Below are positions 25,290 to 39,136 of a DNA stretch of 52,205 nucleotides, in pieces. The notes beneath the pieces were generated by a model. That model made no database searches. It was not told the DNA's origin and was given only the letters and a program-made list of their open reading frames with translations. The position numbers and the translations under genes were made by a program. Source of the stretch: Chiloscyllium plagiosum (lineage: Eukaryota); contig NC_057759.1 of assembly GCF_004010195.1 (NCBI RefSeq), positions 285,865-338,069 of the forward strand, read 5' to 3'. The number at the start of each line of letters is the position of its first letter. The first letter of the stretch is position 1.

Positions 25290-26280
25290 TAAGTACACTC
25301 ACTTATTCACAGAATACAAACTGACAGGTACAGATACTTTCAGGTACAGATGCACTCATCCATTCATATGGTTGAAGCTGTCAGGGATAGACTGATGATT
25401 GCACAAACACATTCACATTGCAGAAACAGACAGGTACATTTTGATAATACACTCACATAATCCCAGAGGAAAGTCTGACAGGTATATATTGATAACTACA
25501 TTTTTACATTCACCTGGAACCTAATGAGGCAGATTGATAACTAAAATCACATTGACATAGCAAAAGCTGACAGGTAAAGACTGGTAATGACATTCTCATA
25601 TTCACACAGCAGAATCTGACAGGGGCAGATAGATAATTGGACTGTCATCTTCACATCACAGAAACTGACAGGGAGAGATAGATAACTAGACAGTCATATT
25701 CAAATTACAGAAACTGATGGACAGATCAATAACTACACTTCCATATTCACAGATCAGAAACTGACAGGTACAAATGGATAGGCAAAGGTGAGGACTGCAG
25801 ATGCTGGAGATTAGAGTCTGGAGTGTGGTGCTGGAAAAGCACAGCAGGTGAGGAAGCATCCAAGGAGCAGGAGAATCGACATTTTGTTTAAAAGCCCTTC
25901 ATCAGTACAGATGGATAACTACACCAATACATTCACATTGAAGAAACTCACAGGAAAAGAATGATAACGAAACTCATGTATTCCTGTCGCTGAAAGCAAC
26001 AGGTATATTTCAATATGGATCCCCACATGTTCACTTCGCAGAAGATGGCAGGTTGACATTGATAACTACGTTCACATTTTAACAATGCAGAAACTGACAG
26101 AGACGATTGATTAAACTATCCCATTTACAGACTAGAAACTGTCATATTCACACAGTAGAAACCAACAGGTATAGGGTGATAACTTCACTCAAGTATGCAC
26201 AAACTTACTGGGAGAGGGTGATACCTGTACTCACATATTCACATAGCAGAAGCTTAGAGCTGCAGATTGATACATAAGCT
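25290..26280 (+). repeat. Degenerate 49-bp tandem repeat array
   Basis: CTGACAGG recurs at 25567, 25616 and 25665 (period 49). Confidence 0.85.
25781..25904 (-). mobile_element. Penelope-like pLTR insertion, family A
   Basis: Ends at the hammerhead core (GCCCTTCATCA); flanked by GTACA(A/G)ATGGATA at 25768 and 25905. Confidence 0.8.
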
Positions 26281-27369
26281 CTCATTGTACGTATAAAATG
26301 GTTGGGTATATTCTTATTGGAGTTTTGAAGAACAATGTATGACCTTCCGAGCAAAGAAAAAGATCTGAATGGAGTTGACAGAGTTGATGCTGAGAGTATG
26401 TCAATGCTCATAGAGAATCTCAAGTAAGGGACACAGTTTTGAACAGGAAGCCTTCTGTCTAAGAAAGCAATGCAGAACATTCTCCCCTTGTTCAGTTCCA
26501 CAGAGAGCAGTTAGGGTTGAGTTACCAGCTTAATTTATGGTAATGTAGCCATATATCTTTTTGATACACAAGGAAGTCTTGGTTATGGGCACTAAACATC
26601 AAAATGAGATGAAGACCATAACTAAAGCCTTTGTGATCTGTTCTCATGACAGAGTACACAGGCAGATAGAAATGTCACAGAATTCTCATGCTTCTTATGG
26701 TCTTCTGCTTTGAGGTATTTAAAGTGACAGAAGATTGAAAGAAATTAATAACTACAGAATCTGCAGCATCATTCACCATATACTTTACTGATATGCGTGT
26801 GCTCACAGATCGCATACTGATCGATTCAGTTATAAGTTACCCTGATGTATCAAGAATGGAGTCAGAAACTTTGAGATGCTGAGATATTTGCTCTCTGTCA
26901 TGCCAGTGATTGACTGAAACTGAGTAAATACAAGATTAGAAACAATAAACTGGCAGTTACAGAATGAAATACTGAGTCAATTGCAAAGCAATACATTGTT
27001 AGGATATAATACAACTATTCATTAGCTATAACTGGCATAAACAATGTAACATCTGCAGTGACATTGCAGATATTGTCAGTAACAATGTACAAAGTATTAT
27101 CCTTTACCAAAATGCTGCAGTTATAACTACAAACCCAACTTCACTTTGCAGAAGCTAATATTCATAGGGTTTGGAAGTGGAGGGCAGTGAGTCCTACCTG
27201 AGTTTGTCCAAAGTGGTACCTGGTACTTCCAAATTGACACCGACAGAGTAAAGCAACAAGGTACACTTCAGAAAGTTTGAGTTACAGTCCAGTAACATAC
27301 TGACATGTTAAGACTGTGAGATAGAGTTTACAAGAATACATCCCAGAAACAGACGGGCACAGATTGGAG

Positions 27370-27515
27370 TCGAGAGTGTGGTGCTGGAAAAGCACAGCAT
27401 GTCAGGCAGCATCCGTGGAGCAGGAGAATCGTTGTTTGAAGCATAAGCCCTTCATCTCGACGTTTTGGGCATAAGCCTCTGACCCCCAGCATCTGCAGAG
27501 ATCACTTTCTCCTGG
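27370..27515. mobile_element. Rearranged Penelope-like pLTR insertion, family A
   Basis: pLTR piece, repeated hammerhead fragment and inverted terminus; exact 15-bp duplication GGGCACAGATTGGAG at 27355-27369 and 27516-27530. Confidence 0.8.
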
Positions 27516-28353
27516 GGGCACAGATTGGAGGAATATTTCCAAGTGACTGACAAATAGTGTAACGTTTTACCGCTCACATCAGTGTTTGATGGTTATGGAA
27601 TAAAACCTGTCTTGGAATAACACTGACTATTAGATGGAGGACCAGAGCCTCATTGGACAGATGTTGAGTTAATGCAAAATGTGTAAATATGGACATGACA
27701 GATATAAAGTTAAAGTGATGCATATATATAGTATGCTGACAGTTGCTGGTTAACAGGCATTCGCGTAAGACTGAGAAATGTTATAAATCCCTGCATGAAA
27801 CAGCAAGACGCCTAATTGAAAAGTGCAGCAACGTGGTTCAGTTACACTGCACGTCCTTTCAAAGCACATAGTTATCGATACGTGTCTGGGCCCACAGTTA
27901 TCAGTCAAGGTCTCAGAAATATATTCATCCCACAGTCAAGACGTGACTCAACTCGTGACTCAAGAAAATTATTACATAGAAACTTATCATTTCTCTTCAA
28001 CTCCGTGCAATTGAGAACGAGATGCATCAACCCCAAGTGTAGAAAACATTCTCAGTCAGGTTCCAGTGGTACGTGTAACTTGACAAAAAATGTAATCGCA
28101 GTTTCGAATGGATGAGTTTTTTTCCACATAGTGACAAGTTCTGTGTTAATTCCAGCCTATACAGAGGAACAGAAACAGACATGCGGAGATAGAAACACAT
28201 CAGCACAACAACAAGTAAAAGGAAACCGAGCCAATACCACAGTCACTTTCTGTATCACAGACACAAAACACATCTCCCTCAGTCAGACTGACAGGAACAG
28301 AATCACCATGCACTCTACATGGCGTTGCATATCCACATGGGATCTAACACTAA

Positions 28354-28463
28354 CCAATCAGAGAGACTCAATGTTTGGGCATTTTTCTGTGTAAGCTACC
28401 CAATCAGGAGCCAAGCTTTCCTCCATCCTTCATTAGCATTGCTGACGCCGTCAGTCTATAAAG
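28354..28463 (+). promoter_or_regulatory. H2B unit 2 promoter
   Basis: Two CCAAT boxes, ATTAGCAT, TGACGCCGTCA, TATAAAG at 28457. Confidence 0.8.
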
Positions 28464-28515
28464 AGGGAACTCCGAGGTCCCTTTCCCTTACTCTATGTCT
28501 AAAGTGAGCGGCGTC

Positions 28516-28896
28516 ATGGCTGATGAGAAGAAAGCACAGCAAGCTTCCAAGAAGGGCGCGAAGAAAATCATAAAGAAGGCGCCAACGAAGGGAGGCAAGA
28601 AGAGGAAAAGGACCAGGAAAGAAAGTTATGCCATCTACATCTACAAAGTGATGAAGCAGGTTCACCCCGACACCGGCATCTCCTCCAAGGCCATGAGCAT
28701 CATGAACTCGTTCGTCAACGATATTTTCGAGCGCATCGCGGGGGAGGCTTCCCGCCTGGCCCATTACAACAAGCGCAGCACCATCAGTTCCCGGGAGATC
28801 CAGACCGCCGTGCGGCTGCTGCTGCCCGGGGAGCTGGCCAAGCACGCTGTGTCGGAGGGAACAAAGGCGGTGACCAAGTACACCAGCTCCAAGTGA
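28516..28896 (+). CDS. H2B: Histone H2B, intact (126 aa)
   Basis: MADEKK...[93 protein letters not shown]. Confidence 0.97.
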   Translation: MADEKKAQQASKKGAKKIIKKAPTKGGKKRKRTRKESYAIYIYKVMKQVHPDTGISSKAMSIMNSFVNDIFERIAGEASRLAHYNKRSTISSREIQTAVRLLLPGELAKHAVSEGTKAVTKYTSSK

Positions 28897-28939
28897 GGGA
28901 TCGCATTGTACTGAAACAAACACACATCCACAACCCAAA

Positions 28940-28980
28940 GGCTCTTATAAGAGCCACCTACAACTTCCCTGAGACAGCAG
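28940..28980 (+). terminator. Histone 3' stem-loop with variant loop and weak HDE
   Basis: GGCTCT-TATA-AGAGCC at 28940-28955; GAGACAGCAG at 28971-28980. Confidence 0.85.
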
Positions 28981-29693
28981 AACCATTTTAAGAATTATTT
29001 ACTTTAGTTTCCATGTGATTTTTTGATAAGTCGTTTCAACTTCTCGTGTTATGTTTTTGTATTAGTAAGTATTTTGCAAATTATTCGCGAAAGGGATGGA
29101 GGGTGCAGATCAGGCGCCAGTGAGTCATTTTTCATCTTGCTTGTTCACCCCTGGCAGACAAATGCCCACGTCTTTCCGTCTCACGATTGATGCATTTTTT
29201 CTTCTGATTTACTTTACATTTCCAGTGCACGGGTTTGATCCGATTTTTCGCAATGCAAAATAAATCTTCCTGCTGTCGGTGAGAGACTTTCAAACAGAAC
29301 AGAGAGAACTCCAACACAGCTTCCGGGCTGAAGCGTGGAGCTTTTGCTGAATCTTAAAATATCGTCTTAAAAAACATGTTCGCCCTGAATGCTGAGCCGG
29401 AAGAATGCTGTGTGCTGCTTTATCAGCATATCGGGGTGGTACGGAAATGTGTAAAGAAAAGGCAGGTTGCAGACTGCAATGTTTCGCCTGTTTTGTTTCA
29501 GCTTCTTCTCAAGGTTGAGAAAATAACCCACTCTCAAGATCAGATACAGATCGGCAAATGAGGGAGAGTAAGACCGTGTGAATTATACGTTTGTAAACTA
29601 AAAGTAAATTAACATGAGTGTCAATGTTTTTTGAACTTCCACAGTTATTTGTACTTCATTATTCAGGTAAAAAAATCCTCCTTTGTTTGGAAA

Positions 29694-30350
<657 letters not shown>

Positions 30351-30380
30351 AGAGACCATCCTTGAATCTGACAGCCCAAA

Positions 30381-30422
30381 GGCTCTTTTAAGAGCCACTC
30401 ACAGCGTTTGTGAAAGGAGCTG
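30381..30422 (+). terminator. Histone 3' stem-loop and HDE
   Basis: GGCTCTTTTAAGAGCC at 30381-30396; GAAAGGAGCTG at 30412-30422. Confidence 0.95.
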
Positions 30423-32008
30423 AATCGTCTGTCGGATGTAATTGCTTTCCTGTTAATGTGGAGAGCCCTGGCTGTTGTACTTAATATCGCTACATTTCTA
30501 TCTCCTTTTTATTGGATATTGTTACTGCCTGTGGCAACAGAGGAAGATTATATCATAGAATACGATTGTCAGGGTGTCCGAAAATACATTATTTCTCATT
30601 ACACGGTCACTGCCTGAGTGACCAATGTTCTATGAGTTTAGAATAGTGTCACGGGTGTTCCCGATCGGGTTTGGCTTCACATTTCCTTTAACTGCATCAG
30701 AAAGAGCTGAATCCTCCCACTGTCTCTGTAGCATATACCTTTGCAATTTATTCTCTGCTCGGTTCATATCCACTCTTTCAACAGCAGTCAGTCATTTTTC
30801 AGCTGTAAAAGGAGGGAATGCGGTAAAGTGAGATTGTGTGAAGTTTAGTTTCGTAATCGAAAAACCAATCAACGTGCACGTAGTCGTGCATCCTCCTGCT
30901 TTTTTATACGTGATGGTGGGCATTTTCAAATTTGAAAATAAGCCGTTGATCTCGGCGCAATTTTTTCCCTTTTCTCTCCTGCCTCCACCTCACCACAAGC
31001 CATGTTAACGCAAAGGGAGTCAATGGGGAGATGGGGTTTTTCCTGAAATATCTAACCCCATACCAAAATTTGATGTGAACATTACTCATCTGATTACTAT
31101 ATTTCCGCAATCTCTGAATGAAGATCTCATTAGTTGCAAATTCACTGCCGCTGCCTTCTGTCTTTAACTGAATTCCAAGAGAAATACTGTACTAATGTCC
31201 CCTATCGCTTCCTGCGCTCCCTGGATGAGCAACCGAACTTGTATCCGCCGTGAATCAATCGAAACACCGCCGATGTAAACATCTTAAAAGCTAAAACAGC
31301 GTACACCGGTAAAATTACAGAACCACACTATCAATAATTTTTATTTCATCCAAATTATTACTTGTCCGAAGACAATTTGTTATCGCTGCCTGAGCGGACA
31401 GGTGGAAAGAACGCGTCACATAACACATCTGCAGGCTCCCAGTAACAAAACTGAGCTAGTGTTATGTCGGGGAAATATAAATACTCGAATATGTAACATT
31501 AACGTCTGGGTTCCACAATAAGAAAAAACAAATTATCATGTATGGCATGGACAGCCAAGTACACAATGATATCATTACTGAGATGGACAGGTATTCACGA
31601 AAATAAGAGGATCGAAGGTTACGGGAAATTTGAGAAATATCAGCCATGATGGAATAGCAGAACAAGCTGGACGGGCAGAATGGCCTAATACTGCTGCTAC
31701 ATCCTACTATTACAAAGTTACGATGTGATTCTTTACATGGAATAACCAGATTGCAGAACAGTAGAGTATCGATTGGCCGAATAGCCTCTTATCTACACTG
31801 TAGAAATATTTGCAATTTTAAAATCATTCGCCACGGTAAACAGCAACAAAGTGAACCGTCCACTCCGAATGCTCTCTGCCGTACCGCAGAACACGGCATT
31901 AGTACATTTTTGGAACTGAAGTAGTTGTAAAAGTCGGGATAAACGTGAAATAACCGGCTACAGTAACATTCCCCTCAGTATGCGCTGCCTTACCCGTCCT
32001 CAGGTCTA

Positions 32009-32048
32009 CGCTCTCTTTCGGGGGGTTTGGGTGGCTCTGAAAAGAGCC
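32009..32048 (-). terminator. H4 3' stem-loop and HDE
   Basis: Minus strand GGCTCTTTTCAGAGCC (32048-32033), then GAAAGAGAG. Confidence 0.95.
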
Positions 32049-32080
32049 TTTGGGTTCGCTGGAAATGGGTCGCTTTATCC

Positions 32081-32401
<321 letters not shown>

Positions 32402-32448
32402 TCACTCCAATCGCTGCTGAATGAGAGCCGAGCTGCCTCCCCTTCCTT

Positions 32449-32590
32449 TTTTATACAGCCCGACCCGACCTGACTGAGAAAGAGCTGACAGAGAGTGAGA
32501 GGCGGGTCCGGAGAGGAAACTGAGTGACAGACAGAGCAGGGAAATGGCTTTGATTATCCAGCTCCACCTCCAGCTCACTCCCGCCCCAAC
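32449..32590 (-). promoter_or_regulatory. H4 promoter
   Basis: Minus-strand TATAAAA at 32455-32449, TCAGGTCGG just upstream, GC box near 32581. Confidence 0.65.
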
Positions 32591-32620
32591 TGTGTCTGGA
32601 ACCGAACCTTTTCTCCCCAA

Positions 32621-35600
32621 CATTTTCAGACAAGGCGACAAAACTACACCACATACGTGCACGCCAAGATCAAAAAACTGGATTCTCACCAGTAATAGCA
32701 AAGCCCACCCTGGAACCACAGTAGACAACATAATCACTGCGGGGAAGTCTATTATCAACTTATCGGACCACACCCTTAGACCGGAAGAGATTGAAGTCCT
32801 GAGTAGGGGTCTCAACTTCTGCCCCACTGCCAAAATGAACCCGTTGGTTTTGGCAGCAGACACGGAGGAGTTACTCCGGGAATTCTTTCAAGGTGCCAGC
32901 AGTGATCCCAAAGAGCCCGCTGATGAACTCGAACTGTCATCACAGGGATCTGTAGAGGAGCGACCAAAGAAGGTGTCAATTTGGACACCACCAGAGGGCC
33001 GCTGCCCTGGGCTTGACATGTATGCTGAAACCGTCAGGAAATATATAAATGCCAGATTCATCAGCTGTACCCACAAGGTAGAGCAAAACATCACCGCTTC
33101 ACAACGCAATGCCATCCAGGCTCTCAAAACCAATCACAACATTGTCATCAAACCAGCAGATAAAGGAGGAGCCATTGTCATTCAGAATAGAACAGATTAC
33201 TGCAAGGAAGTGTACCGACAACTGAACAACCAGGAACACTACAGACAACTACCAGCTGATCCGACCAAAGAACACACCCGTGAATTAAACACACTGATCA
33301 GAACTTTGGGTCCAGTCCTTCAGCATTCCCCACGCGCCCTCATCCCACATACTTCTTGTGTAGGCAACTTCTACTGCCTTCCAAAGGTAGACAAAGCCAA
33401 CACACCAGGACATCCCATTGTGTCGGGCAATGGGACCCTACGTGAGAATCTCTCTGGTTGCGTGGAATGCATCTTGAAACCTATTGTACAGGGGATCTCC
33501 AGCTTCTGTCACGACACTACGGATTTCTTACAGAAACTCAGCACTCACGGACCAGTCAAACAATGGACTTTTCCGCACTCTACACCAGCATCCCCCGCAA
33601 TGATGGCATCACGGCAACAGCCTTAGTACTCAGCACCAACAACTGCCAATCTCCAAACATCATCCTACAACTCATCCGCTTTATGCTCGATCACAACTTT
33701 TGACAACCAATACAGACACATGGAACAGCCATTGGGACCAAATTTGCACCCCAATATGACAACATTTTTATGCGCAGGTTCGAACAAGACTTCTTCTCTA
33801 TGCAGGATCTCCAACCAAAATTGTACCCAAGTACATTGACAACATTTTCTTCCTCTGGACCCATGGTGAGGAGTCACTGTGACATCAACAAGTTTCACCC
33901 CACCATCAAACTCACCATGGACTACTCTCGACTATCTGTCTCATTCTTAGACATATGCATCTCCATCAAGGATGGACACGTCAGCACCACACTCTACCAC
34001 AAACCCACACACAACCTCACAATGATACACTTCTCCAGCTTCCACCCAAAACATATTAAAACAGCCATCCCCTATGGACAAGCCTTACTCGTACACCAGA
34101 TCTGCTCAGATGAGGAGAAACGTGACAGACACCTGGAAGTACTCAGGGATGCCCTCACAAGAACGGGGTATGATTCCCAACTCATCGACCGCCAGTTCCA
34201 ACATGCCACAGCAAGGAACCGTAATGACCTCCTCAGGAGACAGACACGTGCTGCAACCGACAGGGTATCCTTCGTTGTTCAGTATTTCCTGGGAGCTGAA
34301 AAACTATGTCATGTTCTTCGTGACCTGTAACACATTATCAATGAGGATGAGCACCTCACCAAGACCTTCCTCATACCTCCACTACTTGCCTTTAAACAAC
34401 CGCCAAACCTCAAAAAGATCATTGTTTGTAGCAAGCTGCCCGGCTCTCAGGACAACTCCATATAACCCTGTCATGGTAGGCGCTGCAAGACATGTCAGAG
34501 TGTGGACATAGATACCACCATTACGCGTGGGGATACTTCCCACCTTGTACGTGGCAGGTACTCATGTGACTCAGCCAACATTGTCTATCTTATACATTGC
34601 AGGAAAGGATGCCCGGAGGCATGGTACATTGGGGAAACCGAGCAAAAGCTATGACAACGGATGAATGGGCACCGCAGCACAACAATCAACAGACAGGAGT
34701 GTTCCCTCCCAGTTGGAGAACACTTCAGTGGCCCTGGACATTCGACTTCGTACCTTCGGGTGATCATGTACCAAGATGGACTTCGGGACAGGCAGCAGTG
34801 AAAAGTGGTTGAGCAGAGGCTGATAGCTAATTCCGTACCCATAGGGAGGGCCTCAACCGGGACCTTGGGTTCATGTCACTTTACAGGTGACCACCATTGT
34901 ACTAGACACACACACAGATACTCCAACACACACACACTCTCTCACACACACACAGGCACTCCTATAGAGATACACATGGACACACATATACACAGACGTG
35001 CACACAGACACCCACACACACCCTTACAGACACACACACTCCCACACTCACACATGCACCCCCTCACAGACTTAAGACACTCTGCACTCACTACTCACAC
35101 ACACTTTCTCACACTCACAACCCCCAACCCAGATAGACACACACACACAGATAAAGACCCACATGCACACACATATTTTGTGGGGTGAATTTGTACTTGC
35201 AGGATTACATTGTACTTTACTCAAAAACTGCATGCATTCATGTAGAATTCTGAGCTCAAAAACTGCATGAATTCATGTAAAACTCCGTTATCTCACTTTT
35301 TAGATTAGAATCAATCTAAACATCCTGGCATAGACAGAGAAAACGGGGCTAACACCTTCAACATATTGTCGAGCTATCACCATTGTTAACAGCTAACCTG
35401 AGAATGCAACTTTTTTAAAAAAATGTTTTGTGATTTACACATGAAAGTGAAACTATCATGATATTCTCACAGATGAAAGGCATAACAGACAATTAATTTT
35501 TCACTGTATAATTTCAGTTACATCACACTGTAAATTTTTGCTAAAAATTCTGTGTGTTAGGATTGAGCCCTCCACTACCACCTGATGAAGGAGCGACGCT

Positions 35601-35648
35601 CCGGAAGCTAGTGTGATTCCAATTCAACCTGTTGTGTGATTTTTAATA
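32621..35648 (+). mobile_element. Near full-length decayed Penelope-like retroelement (Neptune-type): RT, GIY-YIG endonuclease, CA-rich tract, pLTR
   Basis: LSRGLNFCP, IKPADKGGAIV, YCLPKVDK..PGHPIVS, DFSALYTSIP, YIDN (mutated YIDD, 33832), VSFLD, CHGRRCKTC linker, NIVYLIHC...WYIGET (from 34565); has frameshifts and stops; TTTCTCCCCAA at 32610 and 35649. Confidence 0.92.
35578..35613 (+). ncRNA. Minimal hammerhead ribozyme motif, GAAA mutated to GGAA
   Basis: CAC-CTGATGA-A-GGAGC(GAC)GCTCC-GGAA-GCTA-GTG. Confidence 0.72.
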
Positions 35649-35682
35649 TTTCTCCCCAAAGCTGACCATTCCTGAGCTGAGG

Positions 35683-35885
35683 AGCGCATGCGTGAGGCCC
35701 TCCCCCAGCGCTGCCATTGAGGAGCATTTACTCAGTGAGTGCAAGAGGTTTGTTTGAAACAGACCGCAATGGAGAGATCAGCGCCCAGGGAAGCGAGGGA
35801 ACAGCAGGCTCCTTCCAGCAGCACATTGGGATGGGAGCCTGGGACACAGAGAGGGCTCCGAGACCGGGATTGATTCGGGGTGAGT
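35683..35885 (+). promoter_or_regulatory. Second copy of the GC-rich putative promoter and first exon
   Basis: Near-identical to 9776-9978; donor GTGAGT at 35880. Confidence 0.5.
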
Positions 35886-36610
35886 TCAGGGAGAACCGGG
35901 GGCTGTTTGTAAGAGGCCGAGCGGAGCAGGAACTGGTCCCGGAACTTGGAGTGAGCGGGCTGGGGGGAAGAGAGAGGCCATTCTCGGGCTGTGTGTGGGC
36001 CTGCTGAGGGAGGCAGAGCGGGAAGAAGCTGCTGTGGGACATTCTTATGGTTTGCAATCCCCTAAACACTGATGGGAATTCATTGTTTGGCTTCTGTTTC
36101 ACGATATTGGGCGGTGAATAATGGAAGCACAGACCATAATTTTGTGACAGTCCAAAAAAGGACACGTATTAGAGTGAACAGATTTGAAGTTTCGAGGAAA
36201 GTATGAGACATAGCGTCCCTTGTTCTTTCCTTCAACATTTAGTATTTTGGCAGCTTGCTGTTGATGCTTTGCAGCTGCTTCAGGAATTCCCATTCATGGA
36301 GGTGAACAGATATTAGTTCTGGATCTCACCCAAAAGCAAAGAGTGACCAGCTGTCTCTAACAAACAGAGGGTATGTAGCCCATTGACGTTTACACACCAG
36401 TGTTGAAGATAGATAAACTGAATCCTCATCCAAAATAGACATTCAGGAACAACATTAAAATCTGCAATTATTAAGAGCATTTTCAAAGTTACAATGAAGA
36501 TAGACAAGTAGGCCACATTGTTGCATTGTTTCAACAACCATCCGTGAAGGAGGGGTTAAGTATAGAGATGGAGGGAAACTGTGCTCACTGACAGGACAAG
36601 AGTTACCGAA

Positions 36611-36765
36611 GAGTCGTCGAGTCATAGAGACGTATAGCGTGGAAACAGACCCTTCTGTCCAACTTGTCCATGCCGACCCAGATATTCTAATCTAATCTGG
36701 TCCCATTTGCCAGCAATTAGCCCATCTCTCTCTAAATCCTTCCTGGTCATATTGTTCAAGTATAG
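36611..36765 (-). mobile_element. CR1/HER1 LINE 3' tail
   Basis: Reverse complement of the tail at 12230-12360. Confidence 0.8.
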
Positions 36766-38069
36766 ATTTGAGACAGCCCAGGGAATCCCTTGTGGACTCA
36801 GATCTATAAGCCTCTCTTGGTTCGTCTTGGAGATCATACACTTTGGTAGTCTGGAATAAAAACCTCTTACAAACAGTTTAGTTTAATTTTAGCCTTCCCC
36901 TTTATTTACCAATAGTATCAGTGTTACAACATAACATTTACACCTATAAGCCAGGCTAGCTGAGGTTCTAAAACCTTAGAAAAGTAGGATACCAGCTCTT
37001 CCTTTAAGAGCCCTCACAGGCTGCTCCACTCTTCTGTCTCAAACAGGCTTCCTTTTTACACAACTTTACAAAAAACACTGCATGTTCTTAATTAGACAGA
37101 CAGTGGAAAGGCAACAATTCGTATGGAAGAGAAGTTAATTAACAGGTCTGTATTCGCTTAACTGATCACTCCTGTCGGCCCTTAGCCATCCATCAGGGGG
37201 AAATACAGATCCAGCCGAGTCAGTGCCTGTTGGTGAGATTAGTCCCTGTCATAAAGAGGTATCAGTCTGAACGAAATGGGAGAGGTCATAAGGTAACCTT
37301 ACACAGCTTGCATGTCAGATATCACTGTTTTCTAAAATGGCATCTTAGAGAGGAGGGCAAACTTTGACCATTAAATGGCTTCCTGACAGATTGTAGCAGA
37401 ATCTCTTCAATGTTAGGTTTAGAATAATTTTTAAGCTAGGAGCAGACTCCTGCTTTTTATCTTTAGCACAAAATCATTCTGTAACTGAGGCTGAAAGGTT
37501 ACATTTGAAATGATTCATTAGTCTCAAATTAAACATGCTTTCTTTTCAGGGTTGTGTTTCAAATTCAAAGAAGACAGAAGATCTGACGAGTTAGAATTGA
37601 CAGAGGGTCAGTCGTGGTGTGTAGGAACACCAAGTAAGTTAAAGATTAGATTATATTATTTACAGCATGGAAACAGGCCCTTCGGCCCAACAAGTGCTTC
37701 TCAATATTACATTTTAGAGTTTGTATTTCATAATCAGTGATGGCTACTCAAAATCAGCATAAAGTCCCAAAATGCAAATAAATTCCAAACATTCATCTCT
37801 CTCTCACACGCACTCACACACTGTCACTCACTCACTCACACACACAATAAGAATCCATTATAATTGATAGGACCTGACCGTTTATTACAAGGCTTTTGAC
37901 ATGCTTCTGAGATGATACAAAGTTTCCGAGATCACAATCAAATACTGTCATTAAATTCATAAGTTACCAACTTTGAATGTTATCACTCTGTGTCTTTTTT
38001 TTTACATAGATGAATTGATGTTAAGGCAAATGCTCTTAATTGCTTTAGAGCAGCCTGTTATCACTTGGT

Positions 38070-38513
38070 NNNNNNNNNNNNNNNNNNNNNNNNNNNNNNN
38101 NNNNNNNNNNNNNNNNNNNNNNNNNNNNNNNNNNNNNNNNNNNNNNNNNNNNNNNNNNNNNNNNNNNNNNNNNNNNNNNNNNNNNNNNNNNNNNNNNNNN
38201 NNNNNNNNNNNNNNNNNNNNNNNNNNNNNNNNNNNNNNNNNNNNNNNNNNNNNNNNNNNNNNNNNNNNNNNNNNNNNNNNNNNNNNNNNNNNNNNNNNNN
38301 NNNNNNNNNNNNNNNNNNNNNNNNNNNNNNNNNNNNNNNNNNNNNNNNNNNNNNNNNNNNNNNNNNNNNNNNNNNNNNNNNNNNNNNNNNNNNNNNNNNN
38401 NNNNNNNNNNNNNNNNNNNNNNNNNNNNNNNNNNNNNNNNNNNNNNNNNNNNNNNNNNNNNNNNNNNNNNNNNNNNNNNNNNNNNNNNNNNNNNNNNNNN
38501 NNNNNNNNNNNNN
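38070..38513. other. Assembly gap
   Basis: N run. Confidence 1.
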
Positions 38514-39136
38514 CTATAATTCAACATTACATTTAGTCTAAGTATTTAAGGGCAAGTTTTAAGGCTTTCTCATTATACTCGCTCAGATGCCATTTAAATG
38601 TTATAATTGTACCAGGCTCCACCACTTCTCCATGTGCCTTATGATTTTATAAATTTCTATAAGGTCACTCTCCAGGGAAAACAGTTCCAGCCTGTTCAGC
38701 CTCTGCCTACAGCTCAAATTCTCCAACCGGGGTGAAGCATATTTACATGGAGTTTGGGTGACTGAAAAGGACAGAATTAATCCTTGACTGAATACTTGTC
38801 ACATACCGAGATGACAATTAAATAACATGAATTTCAAACAGACAATCTATACAGGTAGCTCGTGTGCTTTACTCACAACACGTCCTTTCTATAACCCACT
38901 GGCAATACAACTTGATAAACGTATGCCCACTTCTCATCTGCCTGAATGTGATGTTCTCCATTTTCTCATTAAGACATCATTTTTAAGATAATAACTATCA
39001 GGGATACATTTGGATTCATTGTGTGTATGCCTTTTGATACAATTGCTTTAAATTTTCATCTTTTTGCTGTAACTCAGTTAATTTACCTGAGCTAAAGATG
39101 TCTGCTTTGTCATCTCTGTTCCTGGTTTGTCTCAAC

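Noticed and set aside
34805-35188. His/Thr-rich ORF
   Set aside because: Translation of the CA-rich tract within the Penelope-like element
36770-37400. Possible further LTR interrupting a CR1 tail
   Set aside because: No second copy in the window and I could not define termini or a target duplication
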